This document shows positions 6,679 through 11,009 of a DNA stretch of 11,009 bases, one piece after another. Below the pieces are notes generated by a model. That model had not been told where the DNA came from and made no database searches. It was given only the letters and a program-made list of their open reading frames with translations. The DNA is from Candidatus Zixiibacteriota bacterium. Its GTDB lineage: Bacteria > RBG-13-66-14 > B26-G2 > WVWN01. The position numbers were made by a program, and so were the translations under genes. Numbering within the stretch: the stretch's first letter is position 1; every line of letters begins with the position of its first letter. The stretch is from assembly GCA_050117845.1 (NCBI GenBank), contig JASFLY010000047.1:1-11009 (forward strand), written 5' to 3'.

Positions 6679-7047
6679 TTGACACGTAAAGCGAAGATTT
6701 GGCTCGTGGTCGGCGTTTCGGCCGCCGTATTGTTTTTATACTGCGGCGCTCCGTTCGCGGGAGTATTGGTTTATCGCGAATTATTCGACCCGGACGAGAT
6801 GTTCGACATGAGTATGCCGTCCGGAAATCCCAACGTCACGCTCGCGAATTATAACCGGATCCGGGCCGGGATGACGCATCAGCAGGTTACCGGCATCCTG
6901 GGCGGCCCCGGCGGTACGGCCCGGCATTTGGAAACCGGCGGTACGCGCGTGGAGTACTGGACGTGGGTGGGTACCGACGACTCCACGATAACGGTAATAT
7001 TTAAGGGCGGCCGCGTCGTGGCTAAACGAGAAACCGGCCTGACGTGA
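6679..7047 (+). CDS. Membrane-anchored DUF3862/BLIP-like (SmpA/OmlA-type fold) protein (paralog Y1)
   Basis: TTG 8 nt after GGAGGAGG. N-terminal hydrophobic segment, then VTLANYNRIRAGMTHQQVTGILGGPG..YWTW..ITVIFKGGRVVAKRETGL. Confidence 0.8.
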   Translation: MTRKAKIWLVVGVSAAVLFLYCGAPFAGVLVYRELFDPDEMFDMSMPSGNPNVTLANYNRIRAGMTHQQVTGILGGPGGTARHLETGGTRVEYWTWVGTDDSTITVIFKGGRVVAKRETGLT

Positions 7048-7166
7048 CCCCGAGCTAATACCGATTTACTTGGGGGGGGGGCGGATAAGCGGGGCGGCGA
7101 TAGCGTATCAGGTCATATCGAATATTAGGGGATTAACGGTAACTGTTAATATCCAGGGGGTACGAG

Positions 7167-7640
7167 ATGAAACGTCTTTCCGTGGCGATTTGTATAGTGG
7201 CCGTCGGCGCGGCCTTTGTACCGGCCGCGTTTTCCCATTGCCAGGTTCCTTGCGGCATTTACGACGACGAATTGCGCGTCAAGGCCATCGCCGAGGATAT
7301 TACGACCGTCGAAAAGTGTATGAAGATGATCGACGAGTTGTCGGCCGACCCGGCGGCGAATATGAACCAGATAGTCCGGTGGATAAATACCAAGGAGTAC
7401 CACGCGGACGACATCATGGAGATAGCGGCCGACTACTTCATGGCCCAGCGCATCAAGCCGACGGCGGCGGACGGGGGCGACGCCTACGCCGAATACGTGG
7501 AGCGTCTGGCGTTGATGCATGAGATAATGTACAACGCGATGAAGGCCAAGCAGACGACGGACCCGGCCCACGTCGAGAAATTACGGTCGCTCCTCGCCGC
7601 GTTCGAGACGGCCTACTTCGGCCACGCGATAAGCGAATAA
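7167..7640 (+). CDS. sodN: Nickel superoxide dismutase precursor
   Basis: Ni-hook HCQVPCGIY begins at residue 24 (codon 7236). Also has NQIVRWINTKE.HA, YFMAQRIKP and AMKAKQTTD motifs. Confidence 0.95.
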   Translation: MKRLSVAICIVAVGAAFVPAAFSHCQVPCGIYDDELRVKAIAEDITTVEKCMKMIDELSADPAANMNQIVRWINTKEYHADDIMEIAADYFMAQRIKPTAADGGDAYAEYVERLALMHEIMYNAMKAKQTTDPAHVEKLRSLLAAFETAYFGHAISE

Positions 7641-7693
7641 AAGGCCGGCGCTTCCCGGGGAACCGCGGCGCGCCGGGAACGAGGGTATCGAGT

Positions 7694-8227
7694 ATGTCGA
7701 GTAAACGTCACGTCGTTATCGCGTCGGCCGTCGCCGTATTATGCCTGGGCGCGGCCTGCGCCGTCGCCGCCGATATAGGCGACCCCGTCAACCCCAACGA
7801 GGAGTTCGAGACGTTGAGCGAGCTCTGCCGCGGCCCCGGTCGGACCTTCGACTTCTGGGCCGGGACGCCCGGCGACCCCGCGGGCCGCGATACCTGGTGG
7901 GTCGTCTTCGACGACGCCGGCTGTTTCGCCGTGGGGCACGACCTGGGGTGGAACGTCGTCGCCCACGGCCCGTATTATCTGACGGCCGACGAGGCCGACC
8001 GGTTGTGGGAACTGGTGGACGCGACGGAGGTCGTCGCCGTCGGCTTCCCGGCCAGGCCGGGTCTTCCTACCGAATTGCGCTACCGCTTCGTCGTCCGGGA
8101 GGACGGCGCCGCCGATTTCGCCATTTGGGGATACGAGGCCCTGGGGGACGACCGCCTCCTGGCCGTCGTCGATTACGTCGAGGCCGTCATCAAAGACTAC
8201 CTCGGCGCGGAAGCGGTCCTGCGTTAG
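7694..8227 (+). CDS. Secreted hypothetical protein (paralog X2 of 6163-6618)
   Basis: GAGGG RBS, signal-peptide-like N-terminus, and full-length motif match to X1. Confidence 0.85.
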   Translation: MSSKRHVVIASAVAVLCLGAACAVAADIGDPVNPNEEFETLSELCRGPGRTFDFWAGTPGDPAGRDTWWVVFDDAGCFAVGHDLGWNVVAHGPYYLTADEADRLWELVDATEVVAVGFPARPGLPTELRYRFVVREDGAADFAIWGYEALGDDRLLAVVDYVEAVIKDYLGAEAVLR

Positions 8228-8230
8228 GCT

Positions 8231-8611
8231 ATGGAAAAATCGGCGAACAGGAAAACGACGCTCTGGATAATCGTCGCGATAGTCGCGGTGGTAATATTGT
8301 GCTGTTGTCTGGCCAACGCCCTCTCCTACGAGAGGATAAGCCGGATAATAAAGCTGGACGAAATAATCCGTCTCGTGAACCGGGCCCCGGCGGCCGGCGT
8401 CACCGAGGCGAATTACGACCGCGTCGAAATGGGGATGACGCGGCACCAGGTCGAGGCCATCTTCAGCAGTCCGGGGGCCCGCGTCGCCGCGTTCGAACTC
8501 GGCGGCGAGACCACCGAGATATACATGTGGACGGGCCCCGACGACGCCGAGGTTACCATCACGTTCCGGGGCGGCCTGGTCTACGATAAAGACGCCTCGG
8601 GTTGGGAATAG
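8231..8611 (+). CDS. Membrane-anchored DUF3862/BLIP-like protein (paralog Y2)
   Basis: N-terminal hydrophobic segment ending LCCC, then VTEANYDRVEMGMTRHQVEAIFSSPG..YMW..VTITFRGGLVYDKDASG. Confidence 0.8.
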   Translation: MEKSANRKTTLWIIVAIVAVVILCCCLANALSYERISRIIKLDEIIRLVNRAPAAGVTEANYDRVEMGMTRHQVEAIFSSPGARVAAFELGGETTEIYMWTGPDDAEVTITFRGGLVYDKDASGWE

Positions 8612-8649
8612 CGCGGCCGGCGCGCCGCCCGCACAAGGAGTTGAGCGAG

Positions 8650-9774
8650 ATAGATATCACTAATAAATCCAAGTATCTGGGCATCGCCGCCGCGGTGGCG
8701 GGTCTCGCGACGGCGCTCGCCGCCGTCGGCGCGTTCGGCGAAAACGGCGTTTCCGTCGATCCCCTCGCGCCCGAGGCGTCGGCCTTCCTCGACGTCGACG
8801 CGGCCGAGTATTCGAAGCAGGGTGACGTGGCCTACCGCGAAGGCCGCTACGCCGACGCCGCCGGCCTGTACCTCGCGTACCTCCGTTCCAACGTCTACGA
8901 CGGCCGGACGATATACAACCTCGCCTGCTGTTACGGCCTGTTGGGCGAAGCGGAGCTCGCCGCGACGAACCTCAAGCGCGCCTACGACGCCGGCTTCCGC
9001 GACGTCGCCATCGCCGCCGACGACCCCGACTTCGACCCGGTGCGCGACGTCGAGCCCTTCGCGAGTACCTTCGCCGGGCTCATCGCCGAGACGGAGGTGA
9101 GCGGCGACGCCCGGACCCTCTACCTCCAGGCCCCCGCGCTCACGCCCTGCTACGTCGTTCTGCCGGACGCGTACGACCCCGAGAAGGAATATACGCTGGT
9201 CCTGGCGCTGCACGGCGTGGGCGGCACCGCGGCCCGGTTCGCGACGCTGCGCAACGACTTCGCCGACGCCGACTTCATATGGGCCGTTCCCGAGGCGCCG
9301 TACCCCCTCGCGCTTCAGGACGGCATCGGATATAGCTGGACCGCCCAGATGTCGGGAGTCGAGGATATACGGAAGGAATCGTACGCGACGTCCAGCCGCT
9401 ACGTCGTCGAACTGGTGGACGCGCTCCGAGGCCGGTACAACGTCGGCGACGTCTACCTCCTGGGCTTCTCCCAGGGGAGTTACCTTGGCTACGGCGCGGC
9501 GCTGCGGAACCCGGCCGTCTTCAAGGGCCTGATATGTTTCGGCGGCCCCTTCAAGCCGGCGGCCCTCGGCGCCGAGGAGTTGACGGCCGGGCGCGACGTC
9601 CGCATCTTCATCGCCCACGGCGAGGACGACCCGGCGGTCTCGTACGAGGAATCGACGACGGCCCGCGACGACCTCGAGGCCTTCGGCTACGACGTCACCT
9701 TCCGTAGCTTCTCCGGCGGCCACGAGGTCCCGGCCGAGGTCCTGCGCGAGGCGGAAGCTTGGATGAAAGAGTAA
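8650..9774 (+). CDS. Exported TPR + alpha/beta hydrolase (phospholipase/carboxylesterase-like); start codon uncertain (8602 TTG, 8641 TTG or 8650 ATA)
   Basis: TPR-like YNLACCYGLLGEAELA..L..A..AGF segment, LALHGVG, nucleophile motif GFSQG, IAHGEDD (Asp) and GGH (His) of a catalytic triad, and a signal-like N-terminus. Confidence 0.88.
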   Translation: MDITNKSKYLGIAAAVAGLATALAAVGAFGENGVSVDPLAPEASAFLDVDAAEYSKQGDVAYREGRYADAAGLYLAYLRSNVYDGRTIYNLACCYGLLGEAELAATNLKRAYDAGFRDVAIAADDPDFDPVRDVEPFASTFAGLIAETEVSGDARTLYLQAPALTPCYVVLPDAYDPEKEYTLVLALHGVGGTAARFATLRNDFADADFIWAVPEAPYPLALQDGIGYSWTAQMSGVEDIRKESYATSSRYVVELVDALRGRYNVGDVYLLGFSQGSYLGYGAALRNPAVFKGLICFGGPFKPAALGAEELTAGRDVRIFIAHGEDDPAVSYEESTTARDDLEAFGYDVTFRSFSGGHEVPAEVLREAEAWMKE

Positions 9775-10673
9775 CGCCGCGCCGGGCGACGTTGTTCGTG
9801 GCCGCGGGCGCCGTCTTCATCAGCTTCTCCGCGGCCTTCGTGAAGTGGGCCCACGTCGGCCCCACGGCCGCCGCCTTCTACCGCATGCTCTTCGGCGGCG
9901 TGGCCCTCGCCGTAATCATGGCCGTGCGGCGGGAGCGCCTATGGCCCTCCGGCCGGGCGGTGGGCCTGGCGGCGCTGTGCGGCGTCTTCTTCGCGCTCGA
10001 CCTCACCTTCTGGCATCAGAGCATCCACTACGTCGGCCCCGGCCTCGCGACCATCCTCGCGAACTTCCAGGTCTTCTTCATGGCGGTCGTGGGGGTGGCG
10101 TTTCTGCGGGAGCGGCTGACGTGGCGGCTGGCCGTCGGGATCCTCGCGGCCTTCGCCGGCCTCTACCTCGTCGTGGGGGTGAAGTGGGGCGAACTCTCGG
10201 CGACCTTTCACTGGGGCGTCCTCTTCGGCCTCATCACGGCGCTCTGCTACACCGCATTCCTTTTGACGCTAAGGCGGGCCTCGGCCCTTCCGCCGGCGGC
10301 CCGGCTGTCGCCCGTCGCCACCATAGTCGTCGTGTCGTTCGCGTCCTCGGCGGTGCTGGCGGCCTTAACACCCCTCCGCGGCGAGAGTTTCGCCATCCCC
10401 GATTTAACGAGTGGCGCGGCGCTGATCGCGTACGGCCTGGCGGGGCAGGTCCTGGGCTGGGTGCTGATTACGGCCGGCGTCCCGGGCCTCGGGGCCTCGC
10501 GGCTGGGCCTGTTGCTGTTGCTCCAGCCGTCGCTCGCCTTCGCCTGGGACATGCTGTTCTTCGGCCGCCCTACGACGGCGCTGGACGCCGCCGGCGTGGC
10601 CCTCGCCCTCGGCGCCATCTACCTCGGCTCCACGGCGGGGAAGGGAAGGGGTGCGGGTAACGGGGTATCGTAG
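9759..10673 (+). CDS. EamA/DMT-family drug/metabolite transporter
   Basis: About ten hydrophobic segments with S.SAAFVK, AAFYRMLFGG, GLATILANFQVFF, FLRERL and LLLLQP motifs. The TTG start overlaps the end of the hydrolase gene. Confidence 0.92.
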   Translation: MDERVTPRRATLFVAAGAVFISFSAAFVKWAHVGPTAAAFYRMLFGGVALAVIMAVRRERLWPSGRAVGLAALCGVFFALDLTFWHQSIHYVGPGLATILANFQVFFMAVVGVAFLRERLTWRLAVGILAAFAGLYLVVGVKWGELSATFHWGVLFGLITALCYTAFLLTLRRASALPPAARLSPVATIVVVSFASSAVLAALTPLRGESFAIPDLTSGAALIAYGLAGQVLGWVLITAGVPGLGASRLGLLLLLQPSLAFAWDMLFFGRPTTALDAAGVALALGAIYLGSTAGKGRGAGNGVS

Positions 10674-11009
10674 GGCCGTACCTTCAGGTGCGGCCACCGT
10701 GCCGCCGGTTAAAACCGGCGGTTAACGCCTTCGCGGGTGAAGTACCGGCCGCTGAAGCAGCCGGTTTCGGTTTGGCTGCCGTCAGGTGTTACCACCTGAC
10801 GGCGGCTGTTATGTTCGTCCGCCGACAGGAATGTCGGCGCCACTATTTAAAATAGGAACGGCGGCCTTTATGGCCGCCGGGATTTACCCGTATTATCCGT
10901 CGGTAATTGGGGGGGCGTAGGGCCGTACCTTCAGGTGCGGCCACCGTGCCGCCGGTTAAAACCGGCGGTTAACGCCTTCGCGGGTGAAGTACCGGCCGCT
11001 GAAGCGACC
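10670..11009. repeat. REP/BIME-like palindrome cluster 3 (order A, G, H, E, B, D, A, G, H; runs off the window)
   Basis: A at 10670-10695 and 10917-10942. G at 10702-10721 and 10949-10968. H at 10744-10765 and from 10991 to the window end. E at 10778-10803, B at 10820-10843, D stem at 10859-10879. Confidence 0.88.

Noticed and set aside
6679..7047. Calling Y1/Y2 true beta-lactamase inhibitors or BamE
   Set aside because: Only a fold-level motif resemblance is visible, which does not support a specific function or gene symbol.
7641..7680. Terminator after sodN (and GC dyads at about 6630-6660 and 8612-8630)
   Set aside because: The GC pairings are imperfect, lack a U tract, and are expected by chance at this GC content.

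Overview
GC-rich bacterial window with 11 well-supported genes. A minus-strand double zinc-ribbon membrane protein gene (615-1715) is transcribed divergently from nrfA-nrfH (cytochrome c nitrite reductase, 2444-4212). A plus-strand run of mostly exported or membrane proteins follows: a DUF2225-like CxxC protein, a DUF1028/Ntn-hydrolase-TPR protein, a two-gene module (unknown secreted protein plus DUF3862/BLIP-like protein) present twice and flanking a nickel superoxide dismutase gene (sodN), a TPR-alpha/beta hydrolase and an EamA/DMT transporter. Three intergenic regions (about 100-560, 1810-2320 and 10670-11009) are packed with a mosaic of about eight different short palindromes. Several are preceded by GTAG-like tetranucleotides and all have TT-starting loops, which is REP/BIME-like, and they form roughly 250-bp higher-order units. 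No cognate transposase is in the window. The two strongest leads are this multi-family hairpin mosaic and the duplicated module around an apparently exported NiSOD that has no adjacent sodX. All family assignments come from motif recognition by eye, not database searches.
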